A stretch of DNA of 63,901 bases, counting the filler, from Phoronis australis (taxonomy: Eukaryota > Animalia > Phoronida), in NCBI GenBank assembly GCA_002633005.1. It is 11 parts of 11 records of this genome, joined end to end, with 100 filler letters (N's around TTAATTAATTAA, not from the genome) between each part and the next. Parts side by side here need not be neighbours in the genome. Positions count along the whole stretch, not along the records: positions 21,793 to 37,339 come from NMRA01001528.1; positions 37,440 to 41,406 come from NMRA01000112.1; positions 41,507 to 44,134 come from NMRA01003542.1; positions 44,235 to 48,977 come from NMRA01001841.1; positions 49,078 to 54,613 come from NMRA01002319.1; 6 more parts are not named here. One strand, 5' to 3'. Made by a program: the position numbers and the translations under genes. The notes under the pieces are model-generated. The model did not search any database, had not been told where the DNA came from, and was given only the letters and a program-made list of their open reading frames with translations. This document shows positions 36,091 to 49,797 of this stretch, piece after piece. Every line of letters starts with the position of its first letter. Position 1 is the stretch's first letter.

Positions 36091-36779
36091 TATTAGGGAC
36101 TTCGGGAATGAAACTGGGCTCGTTATTATCGACGATTTGAAAACATTATTCTCGGCAAATGCTGTGTGGACAAAAAGTAAACACGATAGTTAAATCCGGA
36201 TCTTTAGTGAATATGCTTTAATTAATCGAAAATTTGGAATTTTGACGCGATTGGATATTCCATCTGCCCGAGTTAGTGTGCTGGCTACTACGCTATATAA
36301 CGACGCGATTGCGTTATGCATGCCTCTAACAACGAACAATTTTGGCAGTCTTTTTATAGAATTGAAACCTCGAACAATCTGCCTTCTGGTCAGTTTTCAT
36401 GTGGACATGCAGTGTCTAGATGGCTGTGTAACCTGTCTTGTGGTGTCAGTCTAGATAGGCCGCGGCAAAAGAGAAGTGTCTCATTACACTGAAAGTATAC
36501 CCATTAGAGAGTACTCAGCATACTTTTAGCTTAAGCACACTTAAAATAAACTTTTCAGCTGCACCTCATTTATTTTGCCTGTCCTCGTGCAATTTACATT
36601 CAATAATGTGTGCATAGCAGACTTTATGGTTCCGAAACATACAACGAATGGTGTACAGCGTATTTTATGATAAAAAAACGTTAAAAGTGTTTAAAAAGGT
36701 GCTCAAGATTGAGCTTATACTTCTGTCCGTCAGTCTTGTAATCTGGCGTAGGTGTTCTCGTCTTCACAAGCACTACAAC

Positions 36780-37200
36780 ACATCAAATGCCGCCATCGTG
36801 AGGCGAAACTTTGCGCCTGCAAAGAGGAAGTAGCACAGACCTTGACCACGTGACGATTCCGTCTGAATCGTGATTTCAAACGCTTGAAAAGTTCTTCGCG
36901 TTTTACAATATTTGATTTATCCGTAAAATCACCGATAATTCTGTGGGTGTCCTCTGCATCAGAAGAAACGGCATCGAGAGGCACATCCACAAACGTCTTG
37001 TCGTCTTCGGAAGAAATGCCATCAATTATGTATGGCTTGTTGCTAATTTGCAATCTTGTTTTACTGTTACAGTTGTATTCAGTGTCCATTGAATAATCCA
37101 CACCAGCAAAACAAAAATCATACTGAGGCAACGTTGCAAAAGGAGACGATCTGCGCTCCTCTAGGCAAGCATCCTCAACCTCCCTGGGCTCGTTCTTATC
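36780..37200 (-). mobile_element. Possible BEL/Pao-derived internal remnant
   Basis: The ORF contains FAGVDY and RHVVKVC, which resemble the start and end of the Pao integrase region, but no DDE core lies between them. Confidence 0.25.
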
Positions 37201-37439
37201 TTGAAGGTATGTGATATTAATTTCATCATTACGATTACGGACATATCAATATTCGTTGAAAATTGCAACGTCACATACGAAATGTGACTGTGAGGCCAGG
37301 TGGTGACACTAGAAGGTTTAATATCGTCCAGTGCCAGTGNNNNNNNNNNNNNNNNNNNNNNNNNNNNNNNNNNNNNNNNNNNNTTAATTAATTAANNNNN
37401 NNNNNNNNNNNNNNNNNNNNNNNNNNNNNNNNNNNNNNN

Positions 37440-38020
37440 ATGAAATCAGTTAAATCTGAGAACTTTGGCTCTACACCTTGTTTATCCATGATACCACTAG
37501 CATGCTCTGCCCACTTAGCTTGCATATGAAATGGCAAACGCTTCACAATTTTGATCAAAGTGTCTGAGCAATTCAAATCTGACTCATAACTCATTTGTTC
37601 CAGAGTGAGCATGCCTCTCCTCATGAGCACAGCTAAGTCTGAGAGAGCTACACTGTTAGAACCATCAATGACTGAACCTTGGGTCACCTGTTTAATAAAC
37701 GCATGAGCTATAACATGTTTCTGACCAAAATTATCATACAACATCGCTTTTGCTTTTCTGTAGGCTAGCTCTGAGTTACCAAAAATAGAGCAGTTTTCAA
37801 TACACTGTCTAGCTTTCCCTTTACACTGTTGCAAAAGATACATTAGCTTAGACTGACTATCACTAACTCTAGATTCAATATTAGCCTCGAAATTTCGAAT
37901 AAAAGACCAATACTCAGTTGGATTGCCATCAAATGTAAGCAGTTCCTTTTTCGGCATTTCAAACCCTTCTCTCAAAGTTTCCGCGAGCTGCTTCATAACT
38001 TCCGGTAAACCTACCCTCTG
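37440..38020 (-). mobile_element. BEL/Pao LTR retrotransposon gag fragment (DUF1759-like)
   Basis: MPKKELLTFDGNPTEYWSFIRNFEANI...KLMYLLQQCKGKARQCIENC...YRKAKAML..NFGQ...IVKRLP....KW, open to the contig edge. Confidence 0.9.
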
Positions 38021-38639
38021 ACACAGCGCCACCTATACTGCAAAGTGGCCCTGTGGAAACATGATGAACGACACACGGAATTCCGTGTGTGGGCACCAAT
38101 GCGCATGCCTTGGTTTTACTTCCGATGTAAACAAAATGGTTCAACACTGTGTGCGTGAAAAGGTACCGGGTATATTGCTTTGTGTTCTGTTGCACTGGAA
38201 AAATAATCATTTTGATGGAGTGCATTTGGACTCATCCTGAATCTAATTTAATGATTTTAGACGTCTTATGTTCACGTTAGTTGTATAAAGTTCGCAATTG
38301 TGAACTTTCTAAGTTGTCATAGTTGGGTCTGAGACCGGCGCCAAGCCGGCTAGTAAGCCAAGTCCAAGCGCGAGCGTTTTGGGTAGCCCTATGCTTAAAA
38401 AATACCGTGGTAAGCGCCTGTGGTGCCAAGCTGATTAGCCTTGCCTTTTTATTGTCTTCTGTCTTTACAGCCTTCACTACAACAGAGTGTTTTTAGGTTT
38501 TTGATGTGATCAATTGTTACTCAGGTCAGATAGTGTTTGTGTGAGCCAGAGGCTGAAGACTGTGCTTGTGTTTGATAAGTTGTTAAGATACAGTTCAAAC
38601 TTTTCAGGTGACCAAGGCATGTCAAGTAGGCTAATACAC

Positions 38640-39440
38640 CTGTGAAGACTCATAGTCGATCTTTTTTGTCTGCAACTGTCCACTCACCAAGGGACGTTTT
38701 TCTATTATTGAAACATTTAGCATTGTATGGTGGTGTCAATATTTTTGAGGGGATTATCTGCATAAATTGTGAAAGACTCTTACAGACGATTCACACCAAA
38801 GTGACTCATTTCAAATCAAAAATTAAACAAACTCAGAAGTTGTTCAGACCCAAACGTTGTGCGGTGGAGAGCCCAACTCTACCCTCGGCCAGATCTGAAG
38901 TTAGAGGTGACCAGAGAAACCCGTCGCAAACTTACTGAGCTCCAGCCAGCATCAGCTGTTTAAGAATTACAGAAACGTGCACCAGCTGATGAGAATATTT
39001 GCAGTGATTTAGCACTGAACCCTTCTCGAAATCTACAAGTGCATCTTCGTCTGGAAAGAAGGTTGTTGAAAATATCTTCTAGTATTTTGAAGTATGAAGA
39101 ACTGAAATATGCCATTACAGAACAACGTATGAAGGAAAATGATGCTATTGCCGAATCCATAACTGGCTCAAAGCATGGATGTATTTATCATTTGCAAGTA
39201 AAGAACAAAAACTCTTATGACACGTTATTACAGTTTGACTGGACTATCATTGTCAATGAGATGAAACTTAAATTTCCGGTGTTGTTCTCCCTTATTGTAG
39301 GGTTTATGTTAACTCCTGACAATACGTCAAGCGGAAAGAACGAAGATAGCATAATACCAAGAATTTCTGTTATAATGCCCTGTGCATGCAATCTAGAAGT
39401 CAGCCTCTTTGTCTGGTACAGCATATGTCCTGTCAAGTAA
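38640..39440 (+). pseudogene. Frameshifted remnant of a probable DNA-transposon protein
   Basis: Fragments ICINCERLLQTIH and LLQFDWTIIVNEMKLKFPVLFSLI...IPRISVI resemble N-terminal parts of large invertebrate TE proteins (DUF6589/Academ-like, from memory). The upstream cacagcgccacc..gtggccctgtg motif (~38022) recurs at ~60577. Confidence 0.35.
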
Positions 39441-42400
39441 CTTAGTGGAGGTTAAGGTATGTCACGTTCATCTTGGCATAAAACAACTTTATTTTAAAGT
39501 CAGTGTAAATTGTGGCATTTTAGTACAATTTACAATACATGTACATGCCCATAGCCAGAATAAGAAAATGTAGAAAATTTCAAACAACAAATAATAATGA
39601 TGCAATTCTGAATAGTTTTCTTCAACGACTTGTATTTCAGATAAACATAGCATCTCTTTTGATAATGTTCTCCTTGTGGTCTATGTTTTTTAAACAGTGA
39701 ACCAATGCATGAGCAGGTAATACATGAATACAATGCTACCTTGAAGGAGAGACATTTAAAGTTATTTTTTGTTTTATTTTTTTAAATTGTCACTGCTACT
39801 TAAGGTGTAACCAGCCAAAATTCAACTACAGTCAAACATTGTTAGAATGAATCCGTTTTTAACGTTTGCTCACTCATAACATTCTTTTCCCTAAGTCCTA
39901 AGACAGCTATACCACTTGGAAATTACTTTGGTTAAATTTAACTTCAGATACAACAGGTTTTTTCAAAAGTCTTGAGAGGTTTTGTTAAAACATGATTTTA
40001 CTGTGTGTAAGTGCTTCACCTTATATTGTTGAACTTTCTCTATATGTAAGGGAATGTACAAGCCAGGTGGTAAGAGTGTGCCTTCTACAGCTTAGTTTTC
40101 TGTTTCCAGTGTCAAGAGGGATGCTAATAACCCTCCTGGCATATCCTGTAATGACTGTGGCCTTTCAAACTTTAATTTACAGATGCTTCTTCTGACTTTC
40201 TACTTTGAGAGATGCTTAATGTTCTCTAGCTATTTATCCGTCACTGGTGTGTGACTGCGCAAGCATTCTGGGGACTAATTATCGGTGAATGTGCATGCTC
40301 AAAAACTTTGAAAACCTATAAGGAATGAAAAAATATTCAACGCATGGTAAAAATTCTCCAGTTTGGGACAATGAACTTTTAAATTATTTTTGCTCAGTGT
40401 CAGAGGTTGTGGTGTACAAAATTTTGAAAGTAGGCAATAAAGGGTATACCAGTATGTTGTTGAACAACTGATTCTACTTTCACGCTATATTGACGCAAAA
40501 TGCACTGCGAAATTTAATATAAATGTGATGGACAACACCAAAATAAATCATTGTCTCTAACCATGAAAATTCAACTTTGGCTGGTCGTATTTTAGTGGCT
40601 GCCCCAAACTGGAGAATATATATACATAGACTAAAAGTGGGTGGACCCTCAAGAAGAGGTCTCAATGCCGCACTCTCACTGCTTGTGATCATTTTTAGTG
40701 CCCGTGCCTGCACACATACACACTGGGATTGGAAATCAATCAGCATTTCCTATAACATTGTTGTCTACAGCATGCACTTTTGTTTGTTTAAATATCAAAA
40801 TAACTTTTGTGGAAACTGGTGGTATATATTGTAGTGTACTTAAGTATGCCTGTTTTGATCATACTGCACTCGGATAAAATTCTGGTTCCATGATGATATG
40901 CTGAACAAATAATTGCAGTTGACATGCTTAGGTCTGAGGAATATGCACATTTTTGGAAATTGCCATTTTGTCATGATTATTGCCGGTTATAATTAAATCT
41001 GCAGCTGTTGTTTACAGAGGGTACATTATGTAGTCATAAAGAAACTGTTATTATTTAAAAAATGAAACTGTTACTATTTAATCCTGATTGAAGTGTGCAA
41101 ATTTTCGAGGTATTTGACCGTCTTTCTGCTATTGGTATAATTCTTAATGTATCACTATGCTAATTTGGTGCCAGGCATTTAACAATAAAGTGTTTCTGTT
41201 AAGAATTGTTTCTGCTCAGGCAAGTTGAATTTTAAAATTTTGCAGATCTGATGCTCTATGTTTTTTATCCTTGTCAACCCTGATTTTGTGGATTTTGTTA
41301 AATGACTTTCAGATTCGGTATTGAAAAAATTGATGATCAATTGCTGGCCGTGTTAGAGTTCATGAGGCTTGATTTTAGCAAGTGTGATTGTTATCACCTA
41401 GCTCCTNNNNNNNNNNNNNNNNNNNNNNNNNNNNNNNNNNNNNNNNNNNNTTAATTAATTAANNNNNNNNNNNNNNNNNNNNNNNNNNNNNNNNNNNNNN
41501 NNNNNNAGTTTATTTTTCATGTAATAAAATGTACAGGCGCCAATCGATATCGGTGAACATAACTTCGGGAATTTTCGTAGCAAGAAAATTAATGGGACGA
41601 AAATGCGTTCATGGGATTATTGGTAAATGGTACTACACAATTTGAAGTTATTAGCTTTGACCTGAACTACAAAACAGCGAAATCCGTTGAATTTTTGTGA
41701 TTTCATTAGAAACCGCAAATTCTCACAATAGGTCCGTCTTCCATTCACCGAAACCAAGACCGGTGTCTTTGCCGTTCATATACCCTTAACCTATCTTACT
41801 TTTAAATTTCCTGGGATTTGACCTAGCAGCGCTAATATTGCTAATTTCTGTAAAATTAATTTTCTCGCCAAAAATGGCCCTTTAAGTATGGTGCGAAATT
41901 TTTATCACATTTTTAAACGTTTTGCCCACTGTCAGGCATGAATGCAAATTTACAAACACGCCCCATACTTTATAGCGAGGTCTTATCAAACTCGTCTTCA
42001 CCCTCGAGCATTACAAAACAATCAAGTGATAAGTACACTGTAGTAATTTGCAAAGAATCACCCATACCCCTTCACTGCATCAAACATAGTTAATCCCAGG
42101 ACGCACAAAATCAACGCACGCACGGCCATGATCGACTGGTCTTCTTTTCTAAGCCTGATACATGTAGATGCGCTGCCCTGGACAAAGTCCTTACCACTTA
42201 TCTTTGGGCTTTAGGTATTTTGATGGCTCATATTTGTAATCTAATCTGGCAAAGGAAAATGCAAATAACTAACAGGTATTTAAGGTACAATCTATAAAAG
42301 TCTAGGACCCAAGAAATATTGAGGAGCCCCGGTAGTCACACATTTTCTATCCACCCCTGTCATGCAATTAAATTGGTTTCTTAGTCAAAATATGTGTGAT

Positions 42401-45400
42401 TTGTGTGTTTTGAAAGAACCGTTTGTTATTGCTTGAGACCAGACTCTTCAAGTTGCATATTCACGGTCTGTTGTCATTTTATTCGCCGACCACGTTTTCG
42501 AGATTATAACGAGCTATCAGTTGTTTGCAAGATTAAAGACTGTAGTAAATAACAAGAAGGGGGGGAGGGGGGTAAATTTACATTGGTAAGTGGTCTAAAT
42601 CAAAATTTCGTTACTTCTACTAAACGAGAGTTTATTACACCTAAATTGGGCAGTACTGAGTAGCCTCAAGGCACCACTAATAGAGAACATTAGATTGCAC
42701 AGGACTTTTGACTCCATGGGAACGTCGAGACGGGAGAACATTGAGCATGGAAACAACAGTGGCCTATCTGGAGCAGGCTAACATCAATGAAAGAGTTAAT
42801 ACAGGCACGGGGAAATGGACTCGAAAAGAGGATATGAAATCGAACGGAAAATTATCCGTCCCATCTGTTTTCAAACTACAGAAATTTTTTGTTGGATTTA
42901 GAATCAATATTTGGCGAAATCCATATAAGCCTTAGAAGTCTGTAAAGGTCAGTATGGAGGTGCAGAAAGCATCCAATCTAAGAAGTGTTCCTGAATGGAA
43001 GATTCTTTGTACGTTGACTATAAGAGCATGTGTATGGTGATGATGATGGTGACGTGAACTGCAAACATTTTCAGGAAAAATATTTTTGAAAAATTACCCC
43101 CAGGGTTGGCAAGAGACATTTACATACTGCATGTTGCCAACTCCATTATGTAACAGAAACATGTTGGTTTGCTCGCCCTACTTTTATAGATTGTCTTGGG
43201 TCACTGAAATCAGAGAATGGCGACAAACAGTCTGATCCTCATGTGATTACTGATTTCCAACCAGGTAAAAAGCAAGAATGAATTCACTGCTTGAAAATGT
43301 ACACGGCTTTCCCACAGAATTTTATAGGGGAAGCAATATTGAAATAGTTCGGCACCTTTTCAATTTCTAATTTCATGTTAGGCCCCAATGAGGGCATAAA
43401 AATCTCTGTTTTTGAACAAGCGCAGTAGAGATGATCCTGTCCGCCTTGCTCCAGTTTCGCGTTTAGACTTATACATGTAATTGACACGGCGCAAGATGTA
43501 CGGTCGCAAATTGCTCTACCTCACAAACGGGTGGCAACAATTTGTCACCGCGGTGTCAATTTGCTCCGTGTCAGTCCATTTACACTCTGGAACAACTTGT
43601 TCTGTGTCAACTTTGTAAGTGTAAACGGCACTTTAGCTCAGTGATGACTCGCTTTTGTGGTCAAAGAGCATAATTATTACAAGCATATCTGAGAACCGCC
43701 GGCGAAGAGATAGGAATATGGGTTAGAATTATTCAATGACGTTGTATATAAGCAGTCTTTTGTCAAACATCACCAACTTGTTCATGTCTTTCTGGACTAT
43801 GTAACCTCATAACGACAGCATTAAAGACCCAGGCTGTCCGGAACCGGGCCATAGAGGTCGGGGACTGGGGATGGGGGGCAAGCACAAATTGTTGGCGAGA
43901 TTGACTGAAATGAGTGGCAACCTGGGGACACTTTACAATGAGCAGGGGTGGCTAAACGCAAATTTTATATGGGTATAGAGCAACAGAAAGTTTTTCTGCA
44001 ATAGACAGTGCGTCATGGACCCCGGTGTTGTGATATACATGGCTATAACAGTAGCCGGGAGTTTGTTTCATGCAAACTGACTAATGACTTTAGTCAGAAA
44101 CTTGCTATGACGCTCTAAAAATAATTAATACTCANNNNNNNNNNNNNNNNNNNNNNNNNNNNNNNNNNNNNNNNNNNNTTAATTAATTAANNNNNNNNNN
44201 NNNNNNNNNNNNNNNNNNNNNNNNNNNNNNNNNNGAAAGATGTCTCAAAATTTTTCTGAGGAAATGGCGCGTGCACATGTCACTTATTATTACAACAGTT
44301 CATTAGATTGTTTTTCACTCAAGCGGTTGCAAACTGCAAGGTGAGTGTTGGTTGACGCCTAGATTTTGCATGCGCCTGCATCGGTCGCGCGCTCTACTAC
44401 ATGTTGATGTAAGTTCCACGACGAGGTGACGAGCAGAACTACCCGGGCTGTGGGCAATGTCGGGGATGTAACGGAGCTCAATAACGCAAGGCTGTCAAGC
44501 TTTATTTTGGCGATAGTCTTTACACAGCTATCTGACCGGTTACGTCATAACCCGCAGTATCACACAAAGGCCTTAACTACTCAGTCCCCGGCGGTCCTGT
44601 TTTGTGGTGGGGCGGTCATGTTTTTGGGTGCGTCAGTCCCATTTTCTGGTGCGGCGGTCCCATTTGATCCCCGGAGGTCCTGTTTAGAGGACCGGCGGTC
44701 ATGTTGTTTCTCACCCGTGATTTTATGCTTCACCACTTTAGGTCACCGGTGTCTATCTGTAGAAAGTTCTCTAAAATTTTTGACTATTTCTTCTTCAGTG
44801 TTTGTAGGGGACTAGCACACGTTTAATGTTTATCAGTTTGTAAACCATACCGGTGAAATACACCTCTTTTATATACTCACATTCACATATTGCATTGTCG
44901 ATTCCTTACAACCGGAAATCGCTAATGCCACCTCTTAGCGTTAAAGCGACAAACCGTACCACCACAGACTATAGTCTATGATGCGATTGACTCCGAGTCG
45001 AAGCGCATCTGTTAGCCTAGTGGTGAAGTCATCGGATGAGGGGGTGATTCATGCACTCCGCAGTGTTAACTCAGCGAGACTCGATGTGTTCGAGACAGTT
45101 GTATCGCTCGTCCGGTTATGCGGCATGTGCGTACCCAGGGGGGCTCGGGCGAAGCGGGCAAAAGGTCCGCCCCTGAGAAACAAAAAGTGAGACCGCTAAG
45201 TCCACTAAACAAGCACAAACGCGCAATTCAGGGTGGTGTCCCCGTTTTTTTTTATTTTAGTCCGCCCGCTTTTTGTTACCGAAAGGCCCACATCGTCAGG
45301 AATTCGAGCCCCCCCATATTGAAGGATGGGTGCGCGCATGGCTCAAGCGGCTATATCAGTTACAGTAGCAATCAGTGTTTTGACAGTGTCTCAGGCGTTG

Positions 45401-46322
45401 GTTATGTATTGCAAAATTCCGATGTTCAAAAAATTATGTTTATATTCCATACTTCATATTAATATTTGATTTTATTTTACGTACATTTGATGTCAGTATT
45501 TTGTTTGACATTACCTATAACTAGATGTTCGATGTTTTTAATGATGTACTCGATGTTTCCGCGGTGTTCGATAACAACTTCCTTACTTTTTCCACAATAA
45601 ATTTAGGTATTTTCATCCATACTTGTGAACGCATTCAGTGAGACAATTCACATGAGAGGTAGGCCAAGCCGCAACACTGTAAGTCCGATGTATTTATTAC
45701 AGTAATTATTCCTGGTACTCATCTGATTGGCTGATTTATTCCAGTAATAAATATTTATTTCTGGAATAAATATATGATTAATTATAGTAATAAATATTTA
45801 TTAGAGTAATTATTTGTGGCTTCTGATTGGCTAAAGTATTATTGGAATAAATTGCGAATTGTTACTGTAATAAATAGGACTCATGTCGCACTTGGCCTGC
45901 GATAAACGGAGACCTAGGTTTTGCGTTTCCTGTACTACGCCTATACTGCAGTTAAATATATAGTCAGCAGCATTCACTCCACAACGCAACTCAGGACTGA
46001 ATTGGTGAATAATTTTACATTTCTGAGCCTCTGGTCAATTGAAGAAGCAGCATAGGCCTAACAGTAGATTGGCTTTGGTAGTACCTGATTGGAACATTGG
46101 CGGCCTTTTGCCGCAAGTTCACCTGAGTTTCGGCAAAACCTACAAAATGCGCAATCACTGGCTCATGCCATAGTTGGAAAATGGTTTTGAAGTAAAATTC
46201 AGTATTGAAAAATGGTTCGATGTGGCTTCCGTCCTTGTCCATTTATAACGTAGAAAATATATCTGAAACTAAATAAGGCGATCCAGATCCTCCCAAGGAT
46301 ATTATTGTTTCATGAAATGAAG

Positions 46323-46566
46323 AATATAAATCGGTAAATAAAACAACAAGAATGGATCAACTGAAATTTGAAATTTTCGGAGGTAACAACTTCCTTTATA
46401 AACAAAAACAGAAATATAGTAAAATCAAACATATCTTATATGTCAATTGTCATTTTGTGTTTGATTTTACTTTATTTCTGTTTTTGTTGATAAAGGAAGT
46501 TGTTACCTCCGAAAATTTCAAATTTCAGTTGATCCATTCTTGTTGTTTTATTTACCGATTTATATT
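46323..46566. repeat. Near-perfect inverted repeat (~110-bp arms, ~25-bp loop)
   Basis: aatataaatcggtaaataaaacaacaagaatggatcaactgaaatttgaaattttcggaggtaacaacttcc... mirrors ...ggaagttgttacctccgaaaatttcaaatttcagttgatccattcttgttgttttatttaccgatttatatt. A single-arm relative lies at ~14470-14660. Confidence 0.92.
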
Positions 46567-48297
46567 GTCCATTTATGGTATTTTGCCCCACTGACTTCAT
46601 GGCCGGGTTAGCCTGAATGAATCGGATATTTTCTCCTTAAGTAATGGTCTCATTGCAAATTGTCGTTTCAAGGAATTTTTAATAAACATCCCGCAACTAA
46701 GCGCATTAATTGAAGTACTACTAAACATAATGCCGCATGAGCACAGGAACGCTTATATGTACTAGCTTGACATTTGGACACATGTCAATAGCTTCGATTT
46801 TAATTAGATCCGCTATTTGGAGTTAAAACGGAAGATTTACCTTCGAAATTTTGACTTTTGTTATTGAGTGAAACTCACTTGAACAAATTCGATAGATGAA
46901 TTGATCTACAATTCAGAAGTTTGCTGCAGCTTATGTTAAGTACCGTGCGAAACAATGATACAATAGCGCCAAACTAAAGAAATAGCGATAAGCCACAATT
47001 TTTACAAAACATTGTTTACTGAAGTAAAAACGCCACCATAAAATATCCTGTAGTCTTGCACGCCTCAGGGCTGATTGAATGATCGCCCGTACAGTAGAAT
47101 TCCATATTGACCTCACATTCTTCTGCGTTATTGAAGCAAATTCAAGGAACCAAACCGCTGTATGCCGTGCAAAGATCAACGTCACAGAGCGGACGGAAAT
47201 GCCAGATGTTTCAGAACATTATCTTGACTCTCCAGTTCTGGGATCGATTCGGAAGAGTGATGATGTTGCATCTCAACGGTAAAAACGGCGGTAAAGCAGC
47301 AGAAATACTCAGTAAACTCATTAAAATTCAGTTGTCATGTCAAAAACAAATACTAACTGAACGCCAGAGACGCTTTTAAGCTTAAAAGCTTGCCCGGCCC
47401 AGATCCCTTACAGGTGAACCCAAACCGTTACAATGTCACCAACGTAAAGTTGCCGTGAGAACTTGACAGGGGTCTCACACTCCACCTATTTATCCACATG
47501 ATTTTGAAAACGCTTTGCCCAGTCACACATTGTGTCACTGTGTCATAAAAGAGATACGCTGACGCAGCAAGAAGTAGAACTAACTGTCGTTTATCACATT
47601 GGTGTAGACTCACAGTTGAACTGTGGTTTTCTGTAGACCCCAGATAGTCCCGAGTTGCACCATATACCAACTCTGGACGGTCTCTCACGACGATTAAGCG
47701 TCACGCGGTGAAATAACGCTCCGACATGGAGTACAAACCTAGAATGAACAGTTACTATGTACACTAGTTATACCAGGAAGGCATTGTTATAACAGGGCCC
47801 GAAAGTTAGACTTCAGTGAAATATAACCAGACCGTGGATAGGTCACAGTTATTACAATCATCAATAGTCAATCCAGAGTCAGGTGGCAGATCTACGTTTG
47901 CAGTCAGGGGGGGAGTTCGGGATTCGAGCGAATCAGAGGTGCCAAGTGCCGAGGGGAAGGTCGTAAGATTTTTCGTCATTGTTTTTAGTAGCTGATTTCG
48001 TTTTTCCATGAAANTTTCAATTTTTATTTTTGATCCTGCCCCTAGGGGGGGGGGGGGGGTTTGAACCCCCCCTGAGCCCCCCCCCCTGTAGATCCGTCTC
48101 TGGGAGTGGTAATCTGCCAAACAACAACCACAATGTAGACACTCCTCTCGCTTCTTTACAGTGTGGTAAGTTAGTGACTGTCCCTAAAATTTGGGACACG
48201 AATAAAAATTCAAGCAGAGCTGAATTTTCGTGATTCTGAAGGTTGAGACAGTCTATTTTCACGCTAACAGAATCGGAAAATACACTTGGCAGTTTAT

Positions 48298-48977
48298 ACA
48301 AGAGCAACGCAGAGCGAAATGCGCCCACAATTGCACCGCATACGGTATCCTTCTAGGGTTGTTTATTGGTACCATAAAGTGGCCAGTAGAGGGCATATAT
48401 GTAGTATGTTGTACTTTGCAAAATGGAAAGGCATGGTCCTTGTCTCCTCAATAGGCTAGGGGCAAAATGTGAGTAATCTTCATAATACAAGCGCATCCTA
48501 TACACCAGATGCTTAAAGCACCACAGAAACATAGAATTAAAAACAAATTTACCAACATACGAGATTAGCACAGCATTAGAATGCCAGAAACAAATTTCTA
48601 CTTGGAACTTTTCCTTCATAGTCACGATCGAGTAACACAAAGTACACACCTGAAGAAAATACAGAGGTCAATGTAAAATACTAAAATTGCCACTAGAGGC
48701 AAATACTAAAATTGCCACTAGAGGAATACCGGCAAAGTCAGAATCATCCTAAAGTCGTCATCGTCCGTTGTCAACATCACATAAATACACTTGCTAAATT
48801 TAGTAATAATGCGTCCACATATAAATATGTGGGCGCATAATAAAAATCCTGCAAACGGTTTGGGAGATACAGCCATGGGCGCAAAAAAAAACAAAACTAC
48901 CACTAGGAGGCGCCACAGTAGTCCAAATCATCTGAAAATCATTGTCAGCTGTCTTCCTTATACTATAAGCACATACA
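48298..48977 (+). repeat. Second copy of the 3066-3973 element
   Basis: Near-identical sequence, truncated by the contig end. Confidence 0.85.
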
Positions 48978-49797
48978 NNNNNNNNNNNNNNNNNNNNNNN
49001 NNNNNNNNNNNNNNNNNNNNNTTAATTAATTAANNNNNNNNNNNNNNNNNNNNNNNNNNNNNNNNNNNNNNNNNNNNAGCATTACCGTTTCTGCGTCCAC
49101 CACTACCGTTTCTTTGCATTTCTGTATTTAAAATCTTCCTGATTTCTGCACTTAAAATGAACTTTTTTTAATTGAAAGACGAAAAATCTAAGCAAATGAA
49201 CAATACTGGAAAAACGGCCGATAGCGCGTGTAACGCTACAGTAACAAATTAGTACAGCACCCTCTATTGTTTGAGCTTATTTCATTTGGTATTTCATACT
49301 TAGATAAGCGATCATATTTTTTCTGTACCTTGACTGAAAACAAATTTTGAAGTGCATAGTCTGATGCACAGAAAACTGGATGATAAATTGAAATTGTTCG
49401 ACTGATAACATTGTTACTGCCAGCGCACATTGAAAAACAAGGGATTTCGCACGGTAAGTGAAAATCTGTGAGTAAAATCAATTCACTTGTTAAACGACTT
49501 TGGTCGGTTATATGATTTCTCCACATTGTTTGTATTGGTTACGATTAAAAATTTAGCACAGTTAACAATGGCGGGCAATAGAAGTCCCAAGCCTGGCTTC
49601 CGTCTTTCTCAAAAATGGAACTTTGTCTTTGCCCCGCAGGCGTTCGAATCTCACCATCCATGGCTGTTTCATTGCGCTGTTACAAAATGGTTTGACACTT
49701 AAAGCTGTATGGATGAAAGCACTTCAGATGTCTCAAATGCAAATAAAAGTGTGTATGCCTCATCAAGCTGCTCTTTAAGTCAAACATAGACTATAAT

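Noticed and set aside
42703-42935. Possible terminal exon after tgcacag
   Set aside because: Two alternative frames, neither recognisable, and no partner exon in the contig.
45005-45075. tRNA gene
   Set aside because: Only an A-box-like tagcctagtgg. No B-box or cloverleaf.
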